A stretch of DNA of 64,000 nt from Phoronis australis. Lineage: Eukaryota > Animalia > Phoronida. Shown one piece after another: positions 1 to 12,971 of this stretch (positions are counted from its first letter, which is position 1; each line of letters begins with the position of its first letter). The stretch is taken from contig NMRA01000051.1 in assembly GCA_002633005.1 (NCBI GenBank), positions 871,273 through 935,272 on the forward strand. Reading direction: 5' to 3'. The notes below the pieces were generated by a model, which worked only from the letters and a program-made list of their open reading frames with translations, was not told the DNA's origin and made no database searches. A program made the translations under genes and the position numbers.

Positions 1-129
1 CTTGGAGACTAACGCATGCATAACATGGTACATGTCTTTTATAACGTGCAGTCTAATTAGAACCCCACCAACTCAAAATTCATCTACAGATCGTCAATGC
101 AGTCATGATAGAGGTCTGTGACTGTAGTT

Positions 130-816
130 AAATATTTAACTGTGAGTAGTTTCGCGCTTCGTAAATATTCTAAGCAGCCTGAGGTGAAATGGAAGACGAA
201 CCTTGCTACACCTGGTACTTCTGATTGGTGGAAATTGCTTATCTTGTGAACTTTTCTAATCATGTGACGCTTCGGCAGTTTCAGTTTAGGCTGCCTCGTC
301 AGTTGCATTTCGGCTATCTTTTAAAAACTGGTGTTAATAATTCCTGCCTGTGTACTGTCTGTAATAGGGAAGCTAAAACTTTGCTTCATTCATACTGGCA
401 GAGTGGAACACTATGGAGAATTGGGTCAAAAATAGAACCAAGTTTTCCTTCTACGCACCCTCTATCCCAATTTTTGTGAAATTGTTACTTGCAGACAAGA
501 AGGGAACAAAACATATATATAACACTTTGGTGCTAAACAAATATGCCCGGCCTAGGTCTGAGATGAAGTGGCAGGCAGAACTTGCAATACCTGACACTAC
601 AGAATGGTGGAAATTTGCCTACTTTCTGAATTTTACACTTGACGTGAAACTTCGTTGGTTTCAATTTAGACTGTCACATAGGATAATTAGCTGTAACTCT
701 TACCTTGTCAAAATTGGGGTAACCAACTCCCCCTTGTGTACGTTTTGTAAGACTGAACCTGAGACTTTGCTTCACTTATACTGGCAATGTGATGTTGTTC
801 AAAATTTTTGGAACAA
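130..816 (+). mobile_element. Non-LTR retrotransposon ORF2 C-terminal fragment (zf-RVT zinc finger, L1/Tx1-like), present as two tandem copies
   Basis: ORF 413-816 reads KLRWFQFRLSHRIISCNSYLVKIGVTNSPLCTFCKTEPETLLHLYWQCDVVQNFW, the C-x2-C...ETxxHLxxxC zf-RVT motif. A more degenerate copy (CLCTVCNREAKTLLHSYWQS) lies at ~130-450. The ORF runs into the N gap. Confidence 0.8.
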
Positions 817-1456
817 NNNNNNNNNNNNNNNNNNNNNNNNNNNNNNNNNNNNNNNNNNNNNNNNNNNNNNNNNNNNNNNNNNNNNNNNNNNNNNNNNNNN
901 NNNNNNNNNNNNNNNNNNNNNNNNNNNNNNNNNNNNNNNNNNNNNNNNNNNNNNNNNNNNNNNNNNNNNNNNNNNNNNNNNNNNNNNNNNNNNNNNNNNN
1001 NNNNNNNNNNNNNNNNNNNNNNNNNNNNNNNNNNNNNNNNNNNNNNNNNNNNNNNNNNNNNNNNNNNNNNNNNNNNNNNNNNNNNNNNNNNNNNNNNNNN
1101 NNNNNNNNNNNNNNNNNNNNNNNNNNNNNNNNNNNNNNNNNNNNNNNNNNNNNNNNNNNNNNNNNNNNNNNNNNNNNNNNNNNNNNNNNNNNNNNNNNNN
1201 NNNNNNNNNNNNNNNNNNNNNNNNNNNNNNNNNNNNNNNNNNNNNNNNNNNNNNNNNNNNNNNNNNNNNNNNNNNNNNNNNNNNNNNNNNNNNNNNNNNN
1301 NNNNNNNNNNNNNNNNNNNNNNNNNNNNNNNNNNNNNNNNNNNNNNNNNNNNNNNNNNNNNNNNNNNNNNNNNNNNNNNNNNNNNNNNNNNNNNNNNNNN
1401 NNNNNNNNNNNNNNNNNNNNNNNNNNNNNNNNNNNNNNNNNNNNNNNNNNNNNNNN
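817..1456. other. Assembly gap (640 N)
   Basis: Run of N. Confidence 1.
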
Positions 1457-1514
<58 letters not shown>

Positions 1515-1535
1515 CCCTCTCTCTGTGTCTCTCTC
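1457..1535. repeat. (CT)n microsatellite
   Basis: Perfect TC run abutting the gap, decaying after 1509. Confidence 0.98.
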
Positions 1536-1994
1536 AAGAGAATCCCTCACCCTTGTCCTCCCCCATCTGAAGTGGAATAATAATAATGATAATACATCTA
1601 TATGAGTCACAAACACAAAATATGGTGAATCCACCACCTGTTTCATAATGCGCAGAAAATTAAAAGTTAGGATCCTAGCTTTTATTGAAAATTTCCCGCA
1701 CTAAATCTTATTTTGCAACAGCGCACTTAATAGCTTACAAGATCAAAAACCGCTACAATTTGTTTTTCTTGTTATAGGACATCAACGACCATTGATTTCT
1801 GTTTTATTTCTAGAACTTATTTTATTTTTTTTTTCTTTATTATACAAGTCATAGAACATAACTTTATTACTAGTTAGCGAACTTTGATGTGGGCAACTAC
1901 TGTTTTGATAACCGGTGGTAACGTGTTTCGTAAATATATGACGTCATGTCCAACGTGATTTTAACCTTCGCCTAGTTTGTTGTAATGGCTTCTG

Positions 1995-2435
1995 GGGATT
2001 GTCTCTAGAAGAGTCTATTGTCTTTTGTTCTTTGGATAAAATTCGTTTACGGGTGCAAAATCAGTCATGGACTAGAAGTCAGAAATTATGTTCACAAGTC
2101 GAGGCCAAAAGACAAGAATTCGTAGCCTGCTCGGGAGCAGACTAAAAGCCACGTTCAAAAGACAAAAAAATCAACATTTGGTTATAAACTCTACAGGGCT
2201 GTTTCTCACAGAGTCTATTGGTTTTTGGTCTTTTTACTTTCGGCTTGGTTTTGGTCTTTTAACTTTCGGCTAAAAATTAGTGAACGGGTGGCTTAGCAAT
2301 GGAAAAGGACTAAGGCTAAAGTCAGAAATCTGTCTACAAATTCAAGAGCACAGAAATTTGTAGTCCGCGCGGCTAGGCAGAATACAAACGTTTCGAGAAC
2401 CGCAAATGACAAAAAAAATCTGCTTTTAGCTATTC
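1995..2435. repeat. Degenerate tandem duplication (~200-240 bp units)
   Basis: Blocks agagtctattg, acgggtg, aagtcagaaat and gacaaaaaaa recur in the same order at 1995-2185 and 2195-2435. Confidence 0.5.
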
Positions 2436-3319
2436 CAAGTCAGATTTATTTCAAATTTTTGGCTACAGCCAAAAGAAAAAAAACAATGGTAAAAAACATG
2501 TACCGGTACAGGCGTGCGCTCCGTAGACTCGTGAACTTCATAAAAGGGACCTGGTAAGTTTTCAGCAGATATTAATCGCCGTGTATTACAAACGAAGAAC
2601 TAGTAATTCATTCGCGATATTCTTGCGTTTACGGAACTCAGTTCACGACTCTTTCAGGGAATTGCGGATGAATATACCACAGACATTCAACATCAATATA
2701 GCGTCAGCTGTGGTTTGTTTTGTCTTTCCAAATTGAAAATAAGCTTTTAGTCAATGGAAGCAACCGGTTTGTGAAGTAATTTTTGGCAATGAAGGTGATA
2801 TGATTTAGTTTTGTTTAGCCATCTCAGTTTTGTATAGTTCTAATACACGCTCGTTCTCCAAGATATTCGCGAAAACGCAATCATCTTTTTTCTATATCGT
2901 TCTTACCGTTTCACCCGTATTTTTGAATTGCAGCGATGCCTCGAAAACGGAAATTGTTAAACATTTCCAAGCTGCCGCAAAGCTTTCGCCGGATGTTAGC
3001 GAACATATACCGTTCCATTTTTCTTGTGAAAATCTCATCTCTTTATTATATCTGTTGTCTCAGAATCCAGCTGCAATGTTCTTACAACTAAATACCCATA
3101 TCAAACGAAGACAACGTGCCGAACTGCCATCGAACTCATAAAAACGATAAACAAAAAATGCTGTTTGTAACATAATTCCCCTTAATGTGCATTCTCGAAG
3201 GTTAAAACAAACGAAAGATGTTACACGGATCCATAATTACGGTTTCAGTCATAGATCTCGGCAGATGGAGAAAGATCGATCATATCTCGAGTAATTGCAG
3301 ATGATTTTAAGATAGTCTG

Positions 3320-3515
3320 TCGCGCATGCGTGCGGCCACTGCCGAGAGGTGTTGGATACGAATCTGCCGAGAACACTTCATTTGCAATATCCGGGCTGCG
3401 CAAATCAAGTGCTCGTGTGTGAGTCGCTCCAGACGTGTGACGGTCGCATCATCCCGATATCACATATCGGCTGCTCGCTTGTGAATTGGAATAATGAATC
3501 GCTGTGAGGGTAAGT
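3320..3515 (+). promoter_or_regulatory. Candidate promoter/first exon with splice donor
   Basis: CpG-rich patch with NRF1-like GCGCATGCG (~3322), ATG at 3494 (MNRCE) and consensus donor G|GTAAGT at 3510. Confidence 0.3.
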
Positions 3516-5339
3516 CGCTTAAGAAATTGTTGCTAGTGTACAAAACGTTTTTCGTGGCTGAAAGAGCGAATGCAGCGTTGAAGAAAGTGTGCTTTATTAT
3601 AGCACAAGTTGATTGACTTGAGGAATCGAAAATGTCAAATGATAAGCTTAATATCGTTGTCTTAATAAGTATTACAATTAATTAGAGTGTTTACTTTGAT
3701 GAAATGTGCTATTGTGCCACACTACTTCAAGTGAAATGAACACCTGTATTGATTAATTATCATAGTATTATTTGTTCCGCGGTCGACTGTTCTGTATCTT
3801 ACAATCAATATCGAAACCTGCGAGTTACTTTAGGTGTGAAGTTAAATGTTTCTTATGTTAAGTGATTTTCTATACACGTTTCTTTTTGTGCATTCATATA
3901 TGAAATTATTAGCTAAACGTGTTTCTCACCTTTCGAAATTTTGTGATCTATCAAATACAAAATGCACAAGCCCTAAATCCTCCAAAAAGGATAACATCCG
4001 TTCCTTCACCTCACGTGACATAGTTTCGCTGGAGTGCGAATAACGTTAGTCATTAAATAAGGCAACTTTAAACTTCGTGTTTTCTATGGTTTTTCTGTGG
4101 TCAGAATGGAGATATACGTGTAATTTTTAACCTCTTCATTATCTGTCCACGTTTGTCCCGCCGAACCACGTTCAATATAAGTTTAAGAATGAACCAAGTT
4201 AAGTCAAAAGTATAGCTGGTTTTAGTCTGCTTTCGTTAAACTGATCCGGCAGGTATGCTGGGTATTTCAGTTTCCACTCTTTTAAAAAAGTACGCCTGAG
4301 CGGAGTAAAAATTTTATTCCTTAATGACTCAAAACAGATTCAGTAGCCTGTATGTGCCCGTGATGGCCGGTTTGCCTGGCGGCGCTCGGGTGTGTGGGTC
4401 ATATTGACTGAGTTTGCAAGCGACGGTGTTTGAAACTTTACTAGCTTACATGTATGTTTGTGAAGCGCAGGTTTCCAAATGAGGCGGGATGCAGACTAGA
4501 AACAATTATGCCCTTTGTTTGGTATTAGGGTTAAAGTCACTTTTTGACTGGACCACATAAAACACCATTGTTAATTCACTTATCATTCAAGTCGTCAATG
4601 GTTTGACGCCAATTAACGTCAGTGTACAATGCCAACGCGATGTGTTGTAGCGGGCTGTCTGTTTTCATTGGCAGCCATTTAAGTCTCGTTGGTTCCTACT
4701 GCTGAAACCAGTGTTAGTGATCGTGGGCATTGATTGTATAAAACTAAATATTTCTATGCACAAAAGGTGTAGTTAAAGACAGAACTGTCTACCTGTAATT
4801 CGTGGTCATTTCGCAGAGGACCTAGTTACTATTGTCAACTCGTTCTTCCACTACGAAGTGAAGCTCGGGGTGGGGGGCACTCCGTCATAACTGACAGTGG
4901 ACGTTCAGCTAGATAATTGGAAATTTATCCTTTTCTGTACATGACAGTGTAAACGGGATCATGTGTGAGGGCGGTTTCCGTGAGATGTCGAATACCTTTA
5001 GTTGAGATCTGTTACAGTAACGTCATTTCATGAGTGGACGGCACCACTTTGAAGCAATCACATGTTAGCCGTCAACTCGAAGCAAACTTTTTATAGAAAG
5101 CAGCAAATAAACCCATTTATAGGGTACAGTATGGGCGCATTTATTTGACACTCGCCGTTAATCTCCACTAACTTGAGGCACGACGCAATGCAAATGAAGT
5201 TGATATCAGAATGACTGATCAGCAGCGGTTACAATAGTCCAAGAGTTGAGGGCAAGCGCGAGCAACTTGTTGAAGATATCGACATATTTGTCTGTATCGC
5301 CATTTGGAGGTGTTGTTTCGATCCTCTGTATATGTGGCC

Positions 5340-6360
5340 GGGGAAAGTAATCTTGACCTCAGTCACCCTAGTTTGCATTCATAGTCAGGTCCTTGGTTGG
5401 TTATAATTAGCATACATTATATAATTATAAGTACATCTTGTGAATCTATTGATAGAATCTGACGTTTTTTATTCCTGTGGAAGTCAAGATGCTGTTCGGT
5501 TTATTTTTGATACTTGGAAGGTCATTCAAAGTCAATATGACTTGAGAACATCCCAAATACTGCTATTTCCACCCAAAAATGCACATAATCAAATTGTGGC
5601 ATGTATGTACAGTGCTTATAAAAAGTTGGCATTCTTAACCAAGTTTTGAGGTGCGTTTTCGAAGCTGGTAAAGTGCAAGCAATTTCAACAAAAAGTAACC
5701 CTGATTTTTGCGGAAGACAGCAGTGACTGGGAAATAATTTTATGATCATGACCTTGGATGACCTTGCAGCTATCGAAAATGAATGGGCCACCATGAACCA
5801 CGGTTCACATAAGATTCTAGACTAAAATCTCCAGATTCCACTAATAGTTTTAGGAATATGATGAATATTTAAAATTTTATTTCTGAATCAGTATTGACAC
5901 GTAATTATGTTTGCAATTCAAGTTTACTGAGGTCGAAATTTCCTCACATAAGGATAAAAATGCATTGAAATGGTCATTTTCATAAAACTGTCTATTTCTT
6001 ATTATGCTTGCTCACATTTGCTTTATTTTAACTAATAGCAGTGATTGAGAAATCATCACGTGACCTTGACCTTGAATATCCTTGAAGGTAACAAAATTAA
6101 ATCAGGCACCACTATTAACGTAAAAATGGAACCGAAGAGTCTCAGATTCTGTAAAGATGTTCCAGGGATATGAATATTCATAATAAATACCAATGGGGGC
6201 CTAATTATGCATGAGAATCAGGGTTATTGAGGTCAAAATTGCTTGCCCAGTAAAACACCTCAAATGTTGATATACGCAATTTCAAAAAGTTGCACACGTT
6301 GACCCCTTATCTCCTGAGCTACAATAGATCGCGCGTAATATCAACATTCCAGAAAATTAC
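5340..6360. mobile_element. Degenerate interspersed repeat with internal direct and inverted sub-repeats
   Basis: TGACCTTGACCTTG motif; ttgacctc...ccct (5350) is inverted relative to gggttattgaggtcaa (6220); 5800-5950 resembles 6140-6240. Confidence 0.3.
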
Positions 6361-8508
6361 GAAGTGCGTCGTTGTGTGTTCTTTTCACGTGACCGTACGA
6401 TCATCGGTGGACTACTTTTTCCATTTCATAGGTTCCTCACTTTTACGGACAAACAGGAAGTACGCGTGCGCATGACAAATTATGGATTGATGGGAACGGT
6501 TTGCACTGAGCAACGAAGTGCTCGCTTGCGTTTGGATTTCCATTAGCTAGCTAGCTAATTAGTTTGCACACCGTAAAATTTAACAAGCTGAAGATTACCC
6601 TCATTTAAGCGCCATAATACCTTTTTTGAGTCGTCGGCATACAGTACGTAAAGTAGTTACCTTACGACAGAAACTCTCTGGCACAAATATAGAGGGCAGG
6701 CGACTGTTCGATATATTTGTGAACATCCCAATGGATTTCTTTGTTGCTCGAGAGCACAAACGTCAACTTGCACAAGTCAATAGCATTTCGATTGACCTGC
6801 TAATCTATAAGAAAATTCGTTTTGGTGAGATTTTTACTCTTTTTTGGACACTATGTAGCATTATTTGGATTCCGCATTACTTAGCATTTTTAGGTTTGAA
6901 GATTCGCACTTAGGTTTGGTACATTTGTTAAATCGTTGTGACTTCGTACGAAGAACGATAAGTAAAAGTTACGCATAACTTGTGTTTGTTTTTTGAACTA
7001 ACAGAAGTTTTCATTGATTAACTATTCTTGCTTGTAAAACGCCATGTTTGCGTTGCCGAGATAAATACAAAATATTCCACGTCAATATTTGAAGCATCCC
7101 AGGTCTCTTATTTTATATTAATGCTGCCAGCTTTCAAGGTACAGCTAATTGATTGTTCGATCTGAGAGACCAGTTGAATTACTGAGCTCCCAGGGATAAG
7201 TCTAAGTTTCGTAATGATGTGGATTATTTGTCTTTTAGGGAGTTGTTGTAGACCAATTATGTCGTTGCGCAGACTAGTCCAAGTTATTCGTTCAATATCA
7301 CATGAAGTTTAAACTTATCACATAAACATCTCTCCAAGTAATGCGTGATTTCAACTACAGTCTAAGATTAAAATAAACTACCTGCATCCAAAACAAATGC
7401 GACAAAAGCACAGTTCGAAAATTGCCATAGGTCTGATAACAAGGAAGTGAATCTTAAACTGTATTTATTAATTCGGACAGTGAGACGACCAAAACGTTGG
7501 GCATAATAACAACCGTTTCACAGGTAGAGAGATAATTATATCACAAGTGCTAGTGACCATTCCAGGCAGTTCTTTGTTTGTACATGGTCATCTAGGCATT
7601 CTCTATCTACCGGGAGCTCGTCCATTTGCTCGAGTCATTGTGGCACTCAGTCCATTTCATAACCCATAGTCTTCAGCAAAACGAGTTTTTAATGTGTTTG
7701 CCTTGCCTGGATAATCTAGAACTAGAAAAGGACATTACACTAATACTGAATGAACTCGAGGATTCTATCAGCTCATGCAAACCGAGGGTTGAGCCTTCGC
7801 CCTCGGGTGAACATTGCTCTAAGTTACGAAGTCCACGTGACCTGGTCAGTATATATTTGCCGCGTCATTATACGACCACTGAGAACCTTTTCCACTGATT
7901 CCCCTATGTCTTATGGCTAGGTTGGCAAATTTTTTTTCTGATTTGATGAAGTTTAATTGTCTGCTCTCTTTGTTTACATGGTCAGATGTGTGTGATGTCT
8001 GCAATGTGTAATTGGTCAGATCACGAATAGCGACATCTGACGTCTGGATGGCATTAATCAAAAGTGATATTCCGCGGCTCGCCGGTCAACTACCTTTTAA
8101 GGGAAGTTGTCATACTGCAATTAGCATATCACAACATAATTATCAATGGTCGTCACTTTGTTCTATTAATAATGCATGTTGACCGCATTCACTAGATGGC
8201 GAAACTGGCCACTAAACGTTACCTCGTGCCCACTGTCTTTTCTTTCTATGAGAGTAGATCCTATGGTAAATGTCTTTCTAAATTAAGTATACTGCATCAT
8301 GTTATCTGTAAACCAAGCAGTCATTGTCCTTCCTACGGATAGCGAAAATCGATGCGTGTGCATCCAACATCAAATAGATTTGTGAAATACAAGTCTTCCA
8401 ATGAATCGAGAATTCAGAACGTGTCACGCAAGCAATAATCTGTTCAGTAAGCTTGGAGATGATTTTGGACAGATGCTACCTGTTTCCTCGTATTTTCTGT
8501 CTGCTTGA

Positions 8509-8767
8509 CATGCGCCCACTCAGGGCGGGGCGCTCGGGGGCTCGAATGTGGCTCCCCCCATTTAGCGATGTGGGCAAAAAGATCCGCCCCTGAGAAACAA
8601 ACAGTCCGAGAAAATGATACAAAAGTCCACTAAACATGCACAAACGCGCAATTCACAGTGGTGTCCCCGTTTTTTTTTTTTTAGTCCGCCCGGATTTTTG
8701 TTACCAAAAGGTCCACAACGTCAGGAATTCGAGCCCCCCCCCATATTGAAGACTGGGTGGGCGCATG
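8509..8767 (+). mobile_element. MITE (CATG termini), family A copy 1
   Basis: TIR CATGCGCCCAC...GTGGGCGCATG; the internal sequence matches the reverse complement of 32255-32504. Confidence 0.7.
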
Positions 8768-8969
8768 CTTGGAATACTGCTAAAACGGAGTAATCTCTAC
8801 GGATCGTATATCCACGACTAGTGGTGGCGCTACAATAGATGACCGGTATCCCATGTGTATGACGTCTCATGCTATTGGTAAAAAAGACAATTGCTAACTT
8901 GCAAGAACCCTCTAACACAGCTCCACCTATACTGAAAAGTTGCCCTTTGGAAATTTGATGAACGAATTC

Positions 8970-9610
8970 CGTGTGTGGGCATCAATGCGCCTCGCTGGTT
9001 CCCTGCGTGCTTAGCCCAGCCAGCACGCAGGTATCACGCAGTGGCACGCGCTTTAGCATTGGTCGATGTAATCTTGGCAGTCATTGGTTAGCTTTACAAC
9101 ACCGTGAAAAAAATGGCAGACTGTGAATGATTTTAGCCTTGTCATGCAACTGGCGTCGCAGCAACTATTTCGTTTGTGCAGTGATGTTTAATAGCCGCGT
9201 GCTTGAAGCACATACATGCACAAAAAACACATATTACGGTGTGTTATTCATACTGTATAAGGACACTATCGTAAACAAAAGTCATCGACAGTAGAAAGAT
9301 GCATTCCGAAAAGGCTCAATCACAATTTCTAGGCTTCGCATTTCCTGAACATAATTTTAAGCACCGGTTTGTCTGTACAACAGACCACATTTACACTTCA
9401 GTCCATCAGCCATGCCAGTTTGTTTGCGCAAAGCGCTGCCTGTTGACGAGAAACGCCGGTGTAAAAAAATTTACAGAGGAAATTTAAGTGATACCTGCGT
9501 GCTGGCGCGGCTACCGCCCCACCTAGCGGCACGCAGGGAACCAGCGAGTCAATGCGCATGCCTTGGTCGGAAGTGTACCGATCACATCGCCACCTCTTGC
9601 ACACGCCTTT
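8970..9610. mobile_element. MITE with long inverted repeats
   Basis: ctcgctggttccctgcgtgc...ccagcacgcaggtatcac (8991-9037) is inverted at 9488-9550. Confidence 0.65.
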
Positions 9611-10356
9611 AGTGTACTGCACTTGTTTAGGCTAAAGCCACTGGATTGGGGTTTCCTTGATTTTGCTTATTTCGAATACTGCCCGTTTTAATTTAATGCA
9701 ACTAACCAAGTCAAAAGTGGTCCCCATACTCGGTTATTGTAAACTGAAAGGGGTTTCCCAGATTTCAACCAAAAAAGTCCTAGCTCAGTCCACTACTTAA
9801 TGTTTTACGATTCTAACACACTAGCACGTTTAAGTTTGCGTCCCCATGGCGAAATTAAAGCGTTTTAATTTAAACCTTCCAGCTAAACCGTTGCAAGCTG
9901 CTCGTGAGAATACATCTTAAGCTGCATTACTCTAATCAACATCTGATCAATTAATATTGCTCTTTATTAGAACATTTTTTCATGAGTTGCATTTATTTTT
10001 TCAAACTCGGCAGTCCTGTTCACGTGAACTGCTTGTCTGTCCAAGGTTTCACAACAGGCATGGGGTAGATTGCCAAAGAATCCAGTTCGTTACAAATAAT
10101 GCTAATCGTGACGACTATCTTGGTACTGCAGTGTTTCTGCTGACGAAGAGCACACTCAAGTACCGCGTGCACACCGCCCTTAGAAAAGTCAAGACTAGCC
10201 AGCTCTATATCTAAGCTATCGACCCCTTAGGGAATTTATCCATTTCAGGTCTCATTTTATGAAGCAGATTATATCATGGCCCGTGAGTGTAATCGTAGTT
10301 ATTAATCTACTTAATTTTAGGATTACCTTTTTGGAATTGACCGAGATAGAAATAAA

Positions 10357-10618
10357 TCTCATCTTGTCATTATAGAGTGTGTCTCATCTTGTCATTATAG
10401 AGTGTGTCTCATCTTGTCATTATAGAGTGTGTCTCATCTTGTCATTATAGAGTGTGTCTCATCTTGTCATTACAGATTGTGTCTCATCTTGTCATTATAG
10501 AGTGTGTCTCATCTTGTCATTATAGAGTGTGTCTCATCTTGTCATTATAGAGTGTGTCTCATCTTGTCATTATAGAGTGTGTCTCATCTTGTCATTATAG
10601 AGTGTGTCTCACCTTGTC
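10357..10618. repeat. 25-bp minisatellite, ~10.5 copies
   Basis: Near-perfect unit TCTCATCTTGTCATTATAGAGTGTG with no spacers. Confidence 0.97.
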
Positions 10619-12672
10619 CATTAGTAAAATTAAAGATAATTTCAAGGCTTGAGTAAAACTGACACTAATACTAAGTCTTGCTTGTTTGTTACGGCGGGTT
10701 ATTTTCAGCCGCAGGAACACTCACCGAATCCCACGACGGTGCCTTGGAGGAGAAATAACAAAGTGAAGAAAAATTTTTGACTCCAGAAAACGGTTTATAG
10801 CGGCTGTTAGGTCAAATACCATAGCGTGACAAAATTACGTGAGGCCTGCGAATCGCGTGATTACTTGTGACATCGTTAGCGAAAATGAAACACATAAAAT
10901 ACCCAGAGTTGAACAGCATGACACGAATTGATTTCATACAGCACTTTTATATTTTTATTTTCTTACACGAATGTGTTTGTCTTTTGCTTTTGCTTCTGTT
11001 TCGCAAAAAAAAATCTGCGATGGCAGTTACCCTCGACTCCCGGCTGTTGGACTACGCGATCGTCAGGTTGCGCCTTTTCTCTCACTAAGCTCTCTGCTCG
11101 GATTTGGGTGTTCAAGAAAATGAGTTTAGTTTAAAGGAGGAATAGAACAATTATTTCGCAGCTAAGCCGAGATCGTTTGATTTTTTATGAGACTCGGCTA
11201 GGGATGCAATCGGTTAATTGGCAAAATTGATATTAGAAACATTATAACCTTTTCAAGAACAATTTTAGGCTAACGCGTAAAATCATTCACGGGAGAGGAA
11301 TGCAATCTCTCATGGCTACACGGGCAAGTTTGGCATTAACGGACATGTTCAACTCAATCTCGCTCCATTTCGTTGCTAAATGCTTATGAATATTGTAGAG
11401 GGTTTACTTCTCCGACACGTGCGATGTGCTTGGCCTCTTCGCCTCTTTTTCTCACCATTGGCTTTTTGACACCGATCAACACTACACACATTGCCCGCGT
11501 CGGCCATTTTCACGGTGTCCAGCAACGAAACAGCTGGGTGGCACCTCGCTTTTAGCTAACTTTGACTGAAATACCTTGTTAGGATTGGTGGTTTATAAAA
11601 AATCACAAAAACGCGAAAACGTTTTGTCGTTTTTAGCTCTTGTCTTAGCTAATAACTTCAAGAAGTCAATCCTATCCAAGGATAACCCACAAAATGCGTT
11701 TTCTTGGGTATTTAAACCGACTGTGTCTTTTTAAACGAATGACGTATGTGAGCTTTTAATGCTGTTAATGTCGTGTTAATTGTTATTTGTTTGATTACAT
11801 GCATTTGAACTATCCTGGCTTTTGGGGATGAAACCTGAATAGACGAACCCTACCAACGAAACGACATATCCTCAAACTCTGCGCCTCAAACGTTTACACT
11901 AGGGTGATTGATAGGTTCTTGTGATTCTAATCTGGTTTCCGGGCCAGGCATATACATGTATATTTCAATGATATAGTTTACTGTACGATTAAAACAAGGT
12001 ACGTGCGTGCGTGTTTCACGAAGGTTGTTACCATTTACGTAGGAAGGTTTCGCGTCAAAGTGTACACTTTGAAGCGTGTAGTTCTGCCGTTACTTCTAGT
12101 AGCCATAATGGGAATTAATCACCCGGTGACCATTTACAGTCTTCGAATTCGGTGTAGAGCTGCAAACTGAGAGTTGATTTGAGCTGCAACAAATAACGTG
12201 CTTGTGTGATGTCAATTCAGATTTGACCGTGGAAGAATGAAGAACGTCGTACCTTTGCTAGCAACTTGTTTAGTGCTTAAGCTGACCCAACGTTGAAAGT
12301 AACTGTCACGTTCAATTAGCATAGTAATTCGCTAGTAAAATTAAAATTTACAAACTGTTAAGTACGCGTTTTTTGAGATGGCTTTCTTTTGAAATTAAAT
12401 CAGAGGTCATAACGTAGAAAATTGCAGACAAATGAAATTGAGATCTTGTATTACTTTTGTAACAGATAAAATGTCATGTGAACACTCGCACCGTCTGTTG
12501 TGTTTTTGTGTTTTATAGAGTGTGCCCGCATTATTTTTGTTAAGTTAGCCATAGCCCAGTGCGTTGTATGACGTCATGCAAAACATCAATAGTGCAAAAC
12601 AGACGAACGGTAACTAACATACATTCTAAATTATATCAAACGCAAATGGCAAGCATTGGTCTTGACCGATCA

Positions 12673-12803
12673 GGTCCTCGTTTCATGAAAGTTATACCCT
12701 TGACAACGGTGCTATCACGCCACCAAGTGTCAATTAATGAACGATGCTTTTGAATGCTACAAACGAATTTGAGACTAAACACAAGTTTCATGAAATGGGT
12801 CCC
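12673..12803. mobile_element. Short PIF/Harbinger-like MITE
   Basis: TIR GGTCCTCGTTTCATGAAAGTT ... AAGTTTCATGAAATGGGTCCC. Confidence 0.5.
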
Positions 12804-12866
12804 ACATTTATCAGGATTCTTGTAAAAATCCATGAGTCAGCTGATGTGTTTTATAAGGAGCGAATT

Positions 12867-12886
12867 GCTACTGCTACTGATACTAC

Positions 12887-12954
<68 letters not shown>

Positions 12955-12971
12955 TGCTGCTTTTGCTGCAG
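12867..12971. repeat. (CTG)n/(CAG)n microsatellite
   Basis: About 21 perfect CTG units with degenerate flanks. Confidence 0.97.

Noticed and set aside
413-1646. Long ORFs (253-385 aa) spanning 817-1456
   Set aside because: Artefacts of translating through Ns and the CT microsatellite; only 413-816 is informative
10357-10618. CRISPR-like regular 25-bp repeats
   Set aside because: Units are contiguous with no unique spacers; no cas genes; eukaryotic context
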